A stretch of DNA of 64,000 nt from positions 39,996,401-40,060,400 of the forward strand of contig CM120641.1 in the NCBI GenBank assembly GCA_051362555.1, in the 5' to 3' direction. Position numbers and translations under genes: made by a program. The notes under the pieces were generated by a model, which worked only from the letters and a program-made list of their open reading frames with translations, was not told the DNA's origin and ran no database searches. Source of the stretch: Lingula anatina (taxonomy: Eukaryota > Animalia > Brachiopoda). Shown here one piece after another: positions 38,377 through 51,906 of this stretch (its first letter is position 1; each line of letters opens with the position of its first letter).

Positions 38377-39274
38377 ACAAACCAAACAGCATCAAAATTC
38401 CTGCAGCTCCCCCTGGAGGTGAAGTTATGCAAGTTACATTTCTTACCATTGTATTGTGTGTACTCTTCACAACCTCAGATCACAGATGTATGTTACTCAG
38501 CAAGAAGTGATATGGCCAAATGAAAAGGCAACCTGTGTCTTATTGATGAGGAGAAGAGAAGTTGATGACTCGATGATTTTGCTAATCTAAACAAGTTCTG
38601 CTTGGGCTAGGTTAGTGTAAGCCTGCTGACAAGCTACCAGTAAAAGGCAGTCTTGCCATGCCATGTCTGTCATGAAGTATGATATACAAGATGTGCTCTC
38701 TCTCTCTCCAATATCTGTGCACAACATGACACACTGACATGACATATTGTGTCAACACTAGGTGCCAATGTAGTGTGGTAGGGAACCGGGAGACAGGAGG
38801 ACCTCTGGTTCTAAGTACATTGTACATGACAGGACCACACACCCAATCTACTAACTTGTTCCCCCACAAAACTCAACTTGCTCCAGGAAAATTATTTTGA
38901 ACTACAAATAAGGTTGATGCTGAAGGAAATACATCAGCCAAACTGTAGACAGCACTCTTTATAAATATAAGGTGCCAAGTGACCACTGTATCATACTGTA
39001 ACTTCTCCTTCTACTTTCACTCCATTGACTTTCTATTTCAACCCAAGCACAATCAATATCCTAGCAATCAGGAAATGCATCTCTCTTGTAAGGTTCATTA
39101 ATGTAAATCAGGTGAATAGGCACACCTCCAGGCAACTGTGCTTGCCACAATGCATTTTACCCAACTTGTACATTTTTTTCTTCCTACAACACCATTATTA
39201 CTAATTAGACAGGCAAATTTTAGAACTTGTTAGATTCATCCATATAATGTGTATGGAATAATGAGAAACCTTAC

Positions 39275-39370
39275 CCGATATCTGCCAAATTCACAAGCCA
39301 GGTCCAGGGGGGTCTTGTGCTCCTTGTTCCTCAGTGTGGGATCAGCATGGTGCTGCAACAGGAGATTCAC
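39275..39370 (-). CDS. CASKIN: Caskin exon 5 (ankyrin)
   Basis: [32 protein letters not shown]; cag/gtaagg. Confidence 0.96.
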
Positions 39371-41823
39371 CTGCAGAGGAAGAAGGAATAAAACTTATAA
39401 TTAAATGGATGTTTAATGTTTACATGGATAGATATTTACTATGACAATCCCTATTTTGGCATATTTGTGTTACAAAAATTTGGGTTTCTTTGACAGGGTC
39501 CATGATAAGTCAACCATACAAAATTATGCTATTTTCAAAAGAGGTATCCAATGACACTGAAGGTTAAGAAAGGAGATATTAGATCAAGAGCACTAAATTC
39601 AACCTGGAGTAACAAATGACAGCCTTGAGTTGGTGGTAGGAATTTGAAATGTTCTCAAACAAAGCCAAAACAATTAGGAATGGAATCAAATGACAGCACA
39701 GCAAGGACAGTAAGAATATTTTGATTCATATTCAGGGTCTGCTGTGAGAGGTTGGGTTACCAGGACTAATGGCCCCTAACAAGCTCACTGTTGTCTCCAC
39801 TGTCTGTGTTGTATTCAGTGTTGTCAATAGAGAGAGAGCACCCGGGTTGGAAGGATGTGTCACAGTCCTTGTTAATACAGCCTGACTGACTGGTTACATT
39901 GAAAGTCGTGTTTCCACTCGACTCAACCAAACACAGAACGACCCATCTCACAGTGCCATACAATTCTAATTTCCTCGCCATAAGCAGACAACTCTTATGA
40001 CAAGGATATTAGATTTGCTCCCAATGGTGACCTTATTTTAATTGAAAGCCATCTTCTGAGATCAGTCATGCTATACAGACTTAGGGCGGCTTAACTTGAT
40101 TCTTGATTAGAAAAATACATTTAGACAGAGTTGAAAACTAGATATAAATATATTGGAAATAGTGCAACCAACAAGATTGTAATATTGCACAAGATGGCAA
40201 TTAAGATGTGATTTGCCACTCTTGCATAAAATTCTTCGATGATGTCATCTGGACTATTCCCTGCACTGGTTACTTTAGTGCAGCGCCTCTAGTAAAACTA
40301 CCGAATATAAAAATATTAAATGCCCCCCTCCCCATGAAAAGACAAGATTTACTTCCACTATGATGCCTAAGCTAAGAGATAAATCACCTTATTTATAATG
40401 ACACTAGACAGTATATCCAATACAACCAACCAGGCTAATGTACCTGAGTGCAAATGACTTGTTGACATGATGGATGCCTGTTATATATATATATATATAT
40501 ATCTGTGACTAAGACCCCATTCCTATAGATACCATTGGTCTACATAGATTGATCAAACTTTGCAGGTAATCTTGCCTAGTGCAATCAATTTAACTGAATA
40601 AAACACCTATTTCCAGCATACCCATATAATCACCAACTTTTCTGAATTTTACTCAAGCCAGGAGGAGGCGTGTCACTCAATTCAGCCGATTCCACTCAGC
40701 AAGAGTCTCTACATAGTTGGGCTGATCTACGTAGACCGATAATGTCATTGGGAATGGGGCCTTAGGACAGGACAGAACTGAAAGATTCCAGAGTGGTGCC
40801 CCAGGACAGAACTAGGTACCAGTCAAGCATGACATCATTATTACATGCTAGCTTCCATTTAGGCAATTACTTAAAGTGAGCCGTGACAGCTCTCTACCCA
40901 GTAACCTTATGATCAATCAGGGAAATAGAGCCTTGGTAGACCACACTGGTGTCTACATACTGAGAAAGCAAGTCAATGACTTTCTGTGAACAACAGTGGA
41001 GTGAAAATCTGAATGAAGCTTTACTAGTGAAGGTTGTGCCTTGAAATGAGATCTCTTAAGTGTTTTCTGAGTGAAAAGAAATAGAGTGTAATGCTCCATA
41101 ACTTGATCTCCATCTTGTGCAGATGGCACCCCAGCTAGTGTGCCGTGAATACAAAAGGGTCTACAGGGGACGAGTGAGTCATATGGGACACGTCAGCCCT
41201 GTCTGGGAAGGGGGGGGGGGAGAGGACAGCAGACATGATGACAGTTGTTCCCACATTTTAACATCTCATCTTAAAGCAAGCTGTAGATGGCTTGGAATGA
41301 AGTCCTTCACAGAAAAATAACCACAAAACTGCAATGATACAATAAAAGACAGAGCTTGACAAGACAAACTTCAAAGAAAGGAAAAAAAACCCCTCAAATT
41401 TAAACTGGTTTATCCACCATGTGTCTGACATGTGTTGAACTTGAGTTTGGGGGCACATGCAATTTTATCCTACAATGAACCAAGGCAGTGAGAAAGAAAA
41501 CAACATTAAGAGACCTGCCATGGGTAAAACAAACTTTTTATGTTCAACTTGTGTTTTATTTGTTTCAACCAAAAAGCCACAATGAGCACACAGAATCAAC
41601 ACATTCTTGAGAAATGTGGTTTGGACATATGTATGAAATGGTCTCATGTATAAACAAGACAATACACACGCACTTCAGCAGCAGTAGTTGGAGCAGCGAA
41701 GTAAAACTGCCAAGAAAAAAATACCCAGTGCTGCTGTTAGACATTACAATAAGACACATTCAAGGAGACTAATGTTCAAGCAATCCTGTTTTATCTTACT
41801 TTTTTTTGAAGTGAACTTGCCTC

Positions 41824-42095
41824 AGTCTGAGACCCCATCCCCATACCTAGATGGATCTAGCAAGATCGACCTATCTCTGAGGGGATTCTCACTTAATTGC
41901 AATCAGCTTAAGCGGCTTAGATATCTGGCATGCCTACTGAAGCTGCTAAACAATAGTAAATTATCTCCTAACAGCTTCATTAGGCATGCCAGACATTAGG
42001 GCTGCTGTAGCATAATGCAATTAAGCATGAAACCCCAAGGAGATGGGTTGATCCTGCTAGATCCATCTAGGTATTGGAGCAGGGTCTAACTGACT
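41824..42095. mobile_element. Palindromic MITE-like element, family 1, copy A
   Basis: Left end ...atacctagatggatctagcaagatcgacctatctc is the near reverse complement of the right end gagatgggttgatcctgctagatccatctaggtat; inner arms tctggcatgccta/taggcatgccaga also pair; related copy at about 51130-51365. Confidence 0.8.
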
Positions 42096-43301
42096 TAGGA
42101 GGGGGTGTCTACATGGTTCAGCCTAATTTAGGACATTCAAGTACTCAAACAGCCATTGCATTAAAAGCACAACTTCATTCATCCTGATGCAACTGTAAGA
42201 TTAAAGGAAAGCTGATTGCAGATACTTCAGGAAGGGTGTTGTGGCAGCTGTTATTAAAATCATTCATATTTTGCTTTTAATCTACAAAGAAAAATGTCAA
42301 TGGACTTCAGATATACAATTCATGATCTCTTTTGCTACTTAGTTGGTGAATTTTCCAGGGCCAGCTCTAAAAACTTCTGATGCTGGTCACAGTTATTTTC
42401 AAAGATGCGTATCAATAAGGAGTAGGGAACATGTGGTACCGTGTAGACCAGTGTGAGTGAACAAACTACACTTGTTTATATATATATATATAACAGCAGT
42501 TGGACCCAGGTCTGTTTATTATCACCAAAACAAATATTTTATCACTAATGGCACTAAGTTCCATAAGAAAACTGCAAAAACCAAATAAAAACACCTGAAT
42601 TCACTATCAGCTTGCATGTCCATGGTTTTGGCATTTTGCAGGCTACGTATCTATGGTACCCTTGTAACTGATTTGAAAATGTGCCTCATCATGGTGTGAA
42701 AATATTTATAAAATTTTATCATTAAGCAAAGGAAACAATTTGCTGAGACTCTAAAAACACATGCTGCATCCAGGAATAAAAGATCAAGATTAGTAAAAAC
42801 AATCCCTTTCTTTTATCACAGCATCAATTTATCCATAAGGCACCCACATGGCTGAGACAGAATAAGTCATTTCCAATGCCAGGGTTTCTTTTAATTCAAT
42901 GAGAACCAGACTGTTTTACATAACAAAACAGAGCTATAAATAAAAGCCTTCCCCATCAAAAGAATGACCTCGTGACCAGAGTTTTTAGTCAAACAAAAAT
43001 TTGAGTGCTCTGACAACTTGGAAGCACCCGCCCTGACACTGCGTGTAGACATTTAGAGAGAGAGAAATGGTACGCCGTCACAACAGACAGAGGTCACATC
43101 CTTACCCTCCACACGGGGGCAGCTGCACTGGCCCCCACTGTCACACTCACAGTCTGTGTACATCAAATACAAAATCTGTCAGCTAGAAATTTTTGTAATA
43201 TGTGGTAAGCGCTGTTGCATGCAAGCAGTTGATCCATTACTGGAGGACTTGGACTGACAATGGTCTGCCAAGGCACAGGTGGGATCTGACTGGGATTTAA
43301 G

Positions 43302-43468
43302 AGGGTAGGGAACACCTTTTGCTTTCCGCGTGATTGGCCTAATTTTTCGAGCGTGATGCGTTATTTGAGGCTAATATTCTGCGTGAAACCTGATTCAGGA
43401 ATTATTGGCGATTGGTGATTGCGCCATTTTAATCTTGGTGATTAAGGCAGGGCGGAATTCCCTACCCT
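43302..43468. mobile_element. Small non-autonomous TIR element (family 3)
   Basis: 11-bp TIRs agggtagggaa ... ttccctaccct; CpG-rich interior with repeated gcgtga; flanks gatttaag / gatttagc resemble a degenerate TSD. Confidence 0.6.
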
Positions 43469-44107
43469 GATTTAGCTGAATGGAACTCACCGGCATGAAA
43501 AACCAGATTCTACAGAAAATCTGAATAGATGTAACAGAATACATTAGAGGGATTGATATCCATGTTCATTAACATGATTTTCATAGAAAAAATGAGAAAA
43601 GAAGAAAAGTGAACTGTTTACATGAAAAATGCAACCTCATTTTGTTGCAGGGGAGTGCCACCACCACTCACCACTATTCTCTTCTAGAATAATATGAATG
43701 CTTCCGTTCCTACTGTAGTCATGATGATGCATTTTTCATGTGCACATTTCATTTTTCATAATTTCAAAAAATCTATAAATGAGCCCACATATCACCCTCT
43801 TTTTCATTTTCCAATTACGTAAATGAGCCCAAACTTTTTCATTTATTCTATTACATATAGAAATCTGAGATCTATGCCCTTATCTAAAAAACCTTACAAA
43901 GCCAACAACCCAGACAAAATAGTTGAAAAGCATGTCATTTACAAGACTTAGGCATAAATCCCTGTCACCCTAAATGTGAATCTGTTTTCAAAAGATGTAT
44001 GCATGTTTACAACAGATACAAGAAGTGCCAACCTGGTGCTTTCTATTATGTAATATGACTTAAAAGTTTTTTTTTATGTCCGTATGTTATGTTTTTTTTT
44101 TACTCAC

Positions 44108-44253
44108 CACTTCATAATGACCATGCTGGCAAGCTAAATGCAGTGGGGATTCCCCATTCTCTGCAGCATCATTGGTATTTGCCCCATACTGGAGCAGAAT
44201 CTGTACTGGCTCTACCTTGCCTTGCCAGGAGGCATAGTGGAGAGGACGCATGC
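44108..44253 (-). CDS. CASKIN: Caskin exon 4 (ankyrin)
   Basis: (G)[48 protein letters not shown]; cag/gtgagt. Confidence 0.97.
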
Positions 44254-44641
44254 CTGCAAATAGACAACATCTGCACTGAATCTTTGGCCTAGCAAAAACT
44301 GAACCATTTTTCAGCAAAAAAAGTTACTTCTGTGAAAGAAATATTTGCTGTGACATTGATACCAAAAGGTGGTAAATCATCAAAAAAATATTTTTTCAAT
44401 ACCAAAAAAATTATTTTCTACAGATAGTAATTTTTTTTAAGTCTCTGAAAATCAGACAAGCACTTGGACTATATTCATGTTACCAATATGCAGACCTTTA
44501 TTGCCTTCAAAACAATTATATCTAGAAATAATGAAAACTCATGACAAAAAAATTAATACATCATTGACATTTCCAGTGGGAAAATTAGGAAAAATTTAAC
44601 AGAAACAATTCCCAGACCATATCAACTGCCTTGTATTGTAC

Positions 44642-44739
44642 CTTTGTTATCCTTGATGTCCACAGCAGCTCCTCCGTCCAGTAGCAGCCTCATGATCTCA
44701 TTGCTGCCCACCAGAGCTGCTTGGTGCAAGGCGGCCATA
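44642..44739 (-). CDS. CASKIN: Caskin exon 3 (ankyrin)
   Basis: (G)MAALHQAALVGSNEIMRLLLDGGAAVDIKDNK; cag/gtacaa. Confidence 0.96.
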
Positions 44740-47700
44740 CTGGAATACATATACAACAGAGTGGTCAACAGGAGGAAGGAAAAGGTATACAATCCACAAA
44801 ATGCTTTAAGCAAATCAAAAAGGACTATGATTAGATGTGTCAATGATATGATTATCTGTGTAAAATCTTGTCATTCAAAAGTTAAAGATGACACATTTAT
44901 CCAAAGTACTGTTTTTATCACTTAAGTTGCTAATTTTCTTCAATGAAAACACCCTGTTACAATGCCAATCTGCTCAATGTACATGTATGTAAATTACAAA
45001 TATAGCCATCAAGTTCTTGTAATCATGGATATTTTCCTTCCATTTTCTTTGCATAATTGTCCAGACTTGTGTTTGCACAGAGTAAGAAAATATAACCACG
45101 TTTACTTTGCATTCCCCTCAACCAGGTCTTAATGAAGTGGGGAAAAGTTGTTTAAACGTTTTGTTGAACTTGATAAATAGGCCTGATTAAACTGATAAAG
45201 GGAACACTACAGATACTTAGGGGTCAAATTGATCACATTTATTTCTGCAGACGTTATCAAAATAGGCAGAATTGATCACATTCAGCACAACTTCTTCCCT
45301 AGAACCCTGTGTGGTCCGCAGTGCTCAGTTTATGTCACAACACAAGATATTCCCATTTGTTCCTTTAATAGGATAACATAAGGGTGGGCTCCATCATAAA
45401 ATGGAAATAACCAATTTATTTTTCAAAACAGGAGCTGCTGTCCATTACCCTCACTTGCTGAGAGCTCTCTGCTTGTATCAGTCAAGTCTGAAAGTTATTG
45501 CACTTTGATGGCAAATGTATGCCATTATAACTAATCTGTCATTGCAGCCAATAAGACGTCACTGCAGAGTGGCAGATAATTTGGCCCATTGTATATCAGC
45601 CAGTCACTTTCTAGACTGACAGAGCCTGGAGACGGATGGCTTGTGATGAAGTCTTAATTGAAATCAAATTTGAAGGTTCTTCAAAGATGAATGGCAAGGG
45701 GCAAGGCTTGAGAGCAATATCATGTAAGATGCATTGGGGAGATATTGATTTATGATGACAGCCTTTTACACTAACAAACTGCTGTAAATAAGGGCCAGTC
45801 TTTCTTTACACACATGATTAGTGCTATAGAATGTCTGGCATTATTTTCTTCACCACTGCTTTCTTTAATGGAGGTGCTGTTCTTGGTAAACTGACACTTT
45901 GATCTTAATTTTAACACCTATTTTTGAAAGTTTCATGTCATAACCATAACAAACACCACATGTTCATTAGCAACAAAATATTGAAAATATAGTATCCTAC
46001 TGTTTTATATTTAACAGTGATTCTATTCATTGGGCATATCAAAGGTTTGAACTGATTTCTGGTGAAATTTCCAATAAACCACAAAATGCTTGTCAGTCAA
46101 TATTTAGGTAGTGAGGCTGAGTGTTTACTTTCTTTTGTCTCTTGACAGTTAAATTCAATTAAATATAGTTTTCCTCAGTACTAATACTGCTTTATTATTG
46201 CTATTTGTACAATGTAAAACTTTTCTTCTGTGGCTACAGTCCATAAGACACAATCTATGAATTTTTTTTAGATAATTAAATAAATACTGTTCTTGATGTC
46301 TGCAACTAAAAAGTGTTATTTTTTCTCAGTAGTAGTAAAGCATTTCACATCTTCGAACATCTTTATCCATCTACTGAGACTAAGCAACCAGGGCCAATAT
46401 CCCGAAGGCCACATCTCAATACCCCAAGGTCTATCATCTATTCCCCTGGGGATAATATTCCAGCATGGATATGTTTGCAGTATCAGCCTGCTCAAAACTC
46501 TGTTTTCAGAAAACATTCGACTAATGGTCCATTTGATGATGAAATGTCCGAACCAAATCTCCCGTGGATCGTTTATCAACTCTGCACATTATTTAGGGGC
46601 AAGCAAGAGTCATGCACCTATTTCTGACTTTAAAGGTAAATGTTTTGATAAAGATTATTTAGTAGGTATTAAAAAAGTGTTTGTTTGAGTACAGTTGCTG
46701 GGAGGGTCTACAAATAACAAGGCAACTGTGGAAGATGCACGAAAAATGAAAATTACTCTAAAGCTGGGCAGGCCTCAAAATTGTGGAGATAAAGACATTT
46801 TTGAAGTCACTTAATAGTGAATAATGAATGGGTTTAATAATAATAATGTTCACAAGAAATTTAGTCTGGAATTCAGGTTATTACAACAGCACAGGGAAAA
46901 TTTTGACTTCTTCCCATACAACCCATTCATTGTTCAGTTGGAGAAGTTGGAAGGGTCACAGTAAAATAAATTGAAGGAGCGTAACCCCGCCTTTTATGTA
47001 AATTTGACAAAGTTGTTCAACACATTCCGCAGTTGAAAATATGTTCAGTGCTGTGTATGCACACTTCAATATGAACAAAGCCAATGAAAAACAGTCTCAC
47101 ATTACCACATAAAGGTGAAACATCATCTCAGAGTTTGTAGTAAGAAACAATAATTTCCCATAGGAGGAAATGAAGATATTTTCAATCAAAAAATTAAACA
47201 AGGCATCTACGTCATAAAAAGGCTTGGCGACACCACAAGTTACCTAACTGTGGGATATGAGAAAAGAAAACGCCATCGGAAGTATAAAATTGAATATGAT
47301 AGCCGATGGTGTACTTTTTGCAAGTCACTCTATAGTTTACCGCCTGCCATTCATAAAATAGAGCTTCACATTTGTAGAAGAAATAGAAAAGACAGGGGTA
47401 TGTGTGTGTTCTGATCACTTCATCCATGTATGAAACCAGACCCAATCTTCATAAATATAACACATATCACGTATATGCAAACAGAACATTTTATGACATA
47501 AAAACTCGGTGCAAGTTTTCAATTTATTGCTCATTTATTTTATAGGCTGGCCAATACAGGCTAAACATAGGCAATCTTGGGGCTTTTCAGCCAGATAGTG
47601 GCACTGATGAAAAGGTCAATACAGTCAAAAGATCTCAGACAGATTAAAAGTGGGATTAGGTTTCTTTTGCCTGGTTTTTCTATCTGGTACACTTTTTGGT

Positions 47701-50700
47701 CAGACCAAGCCAGCCACATCAATGAGCTTGCCTGCGGTTGTGTGTCAACTAAAGATTGGGGTTTTCTATACAAAAATCTTTGCCACCATTCATAATTGTC
47801 TAGCCTAGTTTTATGTTCATGTTTGCTGCCCATTGCAAGGCCATTTTTTTATCATTTTGAATGGGGGTAAAAAAAATAGCTTACATATAAATTTCCCAAA
47901 GGAAGGAAATGGTGGAAAAGTGATGATTATTGATAATAGACCAATTATATAAGACACAGGGTCAATATTTCATAACCAACTTATCCCCTGCCTCCTGGCA
48001 GCTGGCTAATTGCGCGACAGACCAACATCAAATTTTATTGAACAAATGTAGTCTTATCAGTGTTCATGCTGCAATCAAACTGAATAAAGGGAAATGGTAT
48101 TAGGAGTTGCTATGATTTCTGCTTTATGGCCGCAGACAGTGAAAAAGAGAGTAATAAGGGGTTAAAACTGATTCAGCTAACAGGGACAGGGGAGAGAAGA
48201 ATAAAAACTGGCAACACAGAACAAGTTTTAATGTCAAAAGGTTTGACCTTTACAGCTAATGACCAAGAAAATTGCATAAGAGCAAGTTGAATTTTCTATA
48301 ATAGACTAGAGATGCACTTTATCAGGAAAATATATCTTTAAGAGATTAGAGACGTCACAATAAGTTAGTCTACACATCCATGATATAGCATGGCCACCAG
48401 GTGCTTCTTACACTGGCCAGTCTCACTGGGTGCAGTGAGGCAGTGGCAAGGCCTGTCCAACTGTGTTATTTCAAGGTATTTGCCTAGGTTATGCTGTAAG
48501 AGGTGTACTGCAACAGACTTCTACTTCCTTGACCTCCAGTTCACTTCCCCCCCAAAACTCCTTACACCTGCATATTTACTCTCAACACCAGATTACAGTG
48601 CGACCTGCCATTGGTCACAATACAGAACAGCAGCTCTTGGCACACAGGAGCAAGTAATCAGGCTGAAGGTTCTCAAGCTTTTTTCTCCTTCCATTTGCCT
48701 TGGATCACTTAATTGAGCAGAGAAAAAGAAAAGCAGGGTCTAGGGGCTTTGAGACATCAATGCGGGTTAAGTGCTCTCTTGTCCGAGGGTGGTAAAATCT
48801 CAGATTTACATTTCATAATTTGTTCAAAATCCCTTTGCGGGGTGGGCCGGCTTAATCCTTCTGCCAGACTTGGACATCAGCTCTCCCCACCTGCAGGACC
48901 GGTGTCACTTCTGGTTTTCTCCCTCTTCCCATGGCATTCCAGGCATACTTATAGGGGGGCACCTGAACAATATCCCTTACAGGTATTTGGTCGCAGTCAG
49001 TATTGTCCAGTGTTATTTGGATTTTCTGCCATTTATACATGCCTATTTACGTTTGGGATGGGTTGTCTTGGATAAACTGTTTGGCATCTTCTATGGTTTC
49101 TGTACACTAGGCCTCTCAAGAGCTGCCCCTTCCCAATCTTAGCATACATAGCTTCATAGGATTACGCACTATGCTGGACAGGAATTATATTTCACTTACG
49201 GATATACAATTTCTGTTTCTGTTACATAAGGAGAATTTCTATCCAACAATGAATTCAGTTATTTGTAAGGTGTAGCGGGTTAAAATATATCCGGTGCCAT
49301 CTAGTTGTTGTATTACAGCATGTTCCTCCATTCTGTCAATCTGTCAACTACGTGACTGTCATCATGTCAACTTGGCTTTAACAATCTACTTTACTCTTTA
49401 CGACAACCCTAAATTATTTCAAAATTAAATTTAGCTTTTCATGGCAGGGGTAGAGATTAGCACTGAAAAAAAATCCCCGAAGCTTGCACTTCATGACTTG
49501 TGCCTTTCTTATAAGTTTTCACTGAGATTAAAGAACTCATTCTTCTTGCTCCTTCTTCCAAATTCTAGCTCCAGAATTAATGTGTGATTGATGGGCAGTT
49601 AAGGGGCCTGCACCGGGTTATTTTTCACAAATGTGACAGTCAGCAGCATAAAACTAGTCCCTGTTACTATACTGCAGATAGGAAACATTTATCTTCATGC
49701 ATTATACATGAGAAATGCACTTGATGAAATAAAAATTCGACTGTACTCAAGTCATGAAATAAATATGTGACTGCACTTGATTCATTGTAATCAAAATAAA
49801 TATTAAGGTGTCCACCAGCAACTGATGGACATCAAAAGGAATGCCTCAATGGCATTTAATTACTTAGCTTTGATGTAGTACTAAGTAAAAATACTTAATG
49901 GGTTAGCTTGCCTGAATCCCAAACTTCTATGTGTTATTTGTAATCATACAAACTGGCATATACATCTATACAGACTGTAAACTACTGCCAAAACTTGGAC
50001 CAGTTTTCTGATACATATTTCAGTATAAACTGTGCCATTAATCTTCTGCTATCCTCCCACTCTGAGACATGCCAGTCATGATCCAGAACTTTTTTTTAGT
50101 CATGATCCAGAACTTTGCGGTTGAGGAAGAAGCAAATCTCTCCCCATGAAGGAAGCAATCTGGGTCACCGAACCACAATCAGGATTTCGTACAACATGTA
50201 ATCAGTACTATATGCTCTGCCTTATAATAACATTTTTCACGCTCAATAACCTGACCTATGATCATTGATTACCATTATCAGTTTTCATTTTCGAGTTGCA
50301 TTTAAACTAAAAATTTGTTCCCTGCTTCAGGACTGTGGTTACCCAACCAACAAGACATGCAAGAAATCAATTTGAATCTCAAATTGTGCAATCAGTGTTT
50401 TTAATACTCTATCATCTTAACTTGTGAAATCTGTTGAGCCTTTTTTTTTCATTCCAGAGTATAATTGCTTCAGCATTCCTCTACCTAACCTGTGGTTCTA
50501 AGGTGAAGCATGAAAGAATCTTAACTGGTATGTTTTGCCTGTAGCAAACTACTACCATAAACTTTCACTTCCTTAGATCAGAAAGTCCATGAAATATAAA
50601 AGATGTTGCAAATCAAATGCTTGCAGTGGAAGCCTTACATTCACTGTTCATACGGAAACTGCTAATTATATAGATTTAAACGAACTACTATACATGTCTT

Positions 50701-51129
50701 ATTGCTGCTTTTTGTGTTCTTAAAACATGTACTTTTGTTTGAGCAAAGATATGTTCCCAATCAATTCAAGCCAGCCTATCTCACTACCTACCACATCAGT
50801 AGGCACAATATTATAACCAAGATTAGATCACTGTACATCTAATCCCTCTGCTCTCCCTCTAGCCCCTCCCTCCATTGCACTTCAGGTACCTTCAGCCATT
50901 AAATTAGTCCAAACATTTAAAAACGCAATCTTAGTCCACTATGACCCAAGTTAAATCAGTAGCAGAAATATTTTGCCTGTTTTGAAACAAAAAAGCTATG
51001 ACTTATGCTTCAGACCAATATTTCCCTTCAGTGGACTGCCACACTATATATGCATTATCTTGGACTAAAGTAGCCCAATTTTTGGTCTAAAGTTTATAGA
51101 ACATTCCCAGAGACTATCGTACTAACTTT

Positions 51130-51365
51130 GGATCGAACTATCTCCAAGGGGATTTTTGTTTAATTGCAATAAGCTTAAGTGGCTTAGATGTCTGTCACAC
51201 CTACTAAAGCTGATAGGGGGTAATTAAGTTTAACTATCGTTTAGCAGCTTTAGTAGGAGTCCCAGACATCTAAGCCACTTAAGCTGAAAGCAATTTAGCA
51301 AGAAACCCAGTGGAGATGGACCGATCCTGTTAGATCGATCTAGGGATGGGAACCCAGTCTTAGAC
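51130..51365. mobile_element. Palindromic MITE-like element, family 1, copy B (left end truncated)
   Basis: agcttaagtggcttagatgtct ... agacatctaagccacttaagct inverted arms; colinear with 41860-42090. Confidence 0.75.
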
Positions 51366-51471
51366 CCATTTTCAGGCTACTTCCATTTCACTGTGAAACC
51401 AAACCCAGCTAAATATATGGCTTTAGACCCAACATGCTGTTGTTAAGCTACTTCTAAACAGACTACCACCT

Positions 51472-51550
51472 AGAGTGTATTCAGAACAGATGATCCGTGG
51501 ACTAACTGATCTGCTGATGAAATATGGCTGACCCCACTAAAAAGCTGCGC
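51472..51550. mobile_element. Fragment (one TIR) of MITE family 2
   Basis: tcagaacagatgatccgtggactaactgatc...aaatatggctgaccccact matches the ends of 55492-55768. Confidence 0.7.
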
Positions 51551-51731
51551 TCTAAGATCGTTTTAATAGTTAGGTTAATTCAACTTGACTTCAATAGATG
51601 TTTCTTTTTTTCCTGAGACAGAAAAATATTCATTAACAATAAAAATAAACCCATATGTTGGCTTTATGCAACCACAATTACAAATTGAGAAATAATATCA
51701 TACTTTTAAGTTCACAATGATTATTGCTTAC

Positions 51732-51783
51732 CCATCATTGTCCTGATAGTTAATATTAATCCTCTTTGTAGAACCAATGAGTT
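51732..51783 (-). CDS. CASKIN: Caskin exon 2 (52 nt)
   Basis: (K)LIGSTKRININYQDND(G); ttattttcag acceptor, GG|gtaagc donor; missed by the ORF track. Confidence 0.95.
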
Positions 51784-51881
51784 CTGAAAATAATAATAAT
51801 AAAAGAAATAAGTAATGACATAAAATATTGACATATATTACTTATTTACAAAAGATACCTGATACAATATATGAAAAACTT

Positions 51882-51906
51882 GTGTGTGCGTGTGTGTGTG
51901 TGTGTG
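51882..51906. repeat. (TG)n microsatellite
   Basis: Interrupted TG repeat. Confidence 0.85.

Noticed and set aside
47604-47640. CTGATGA as a hammerhead ribozyme core
   Set aside because: No stem II followed by GAAA, and no closing helices
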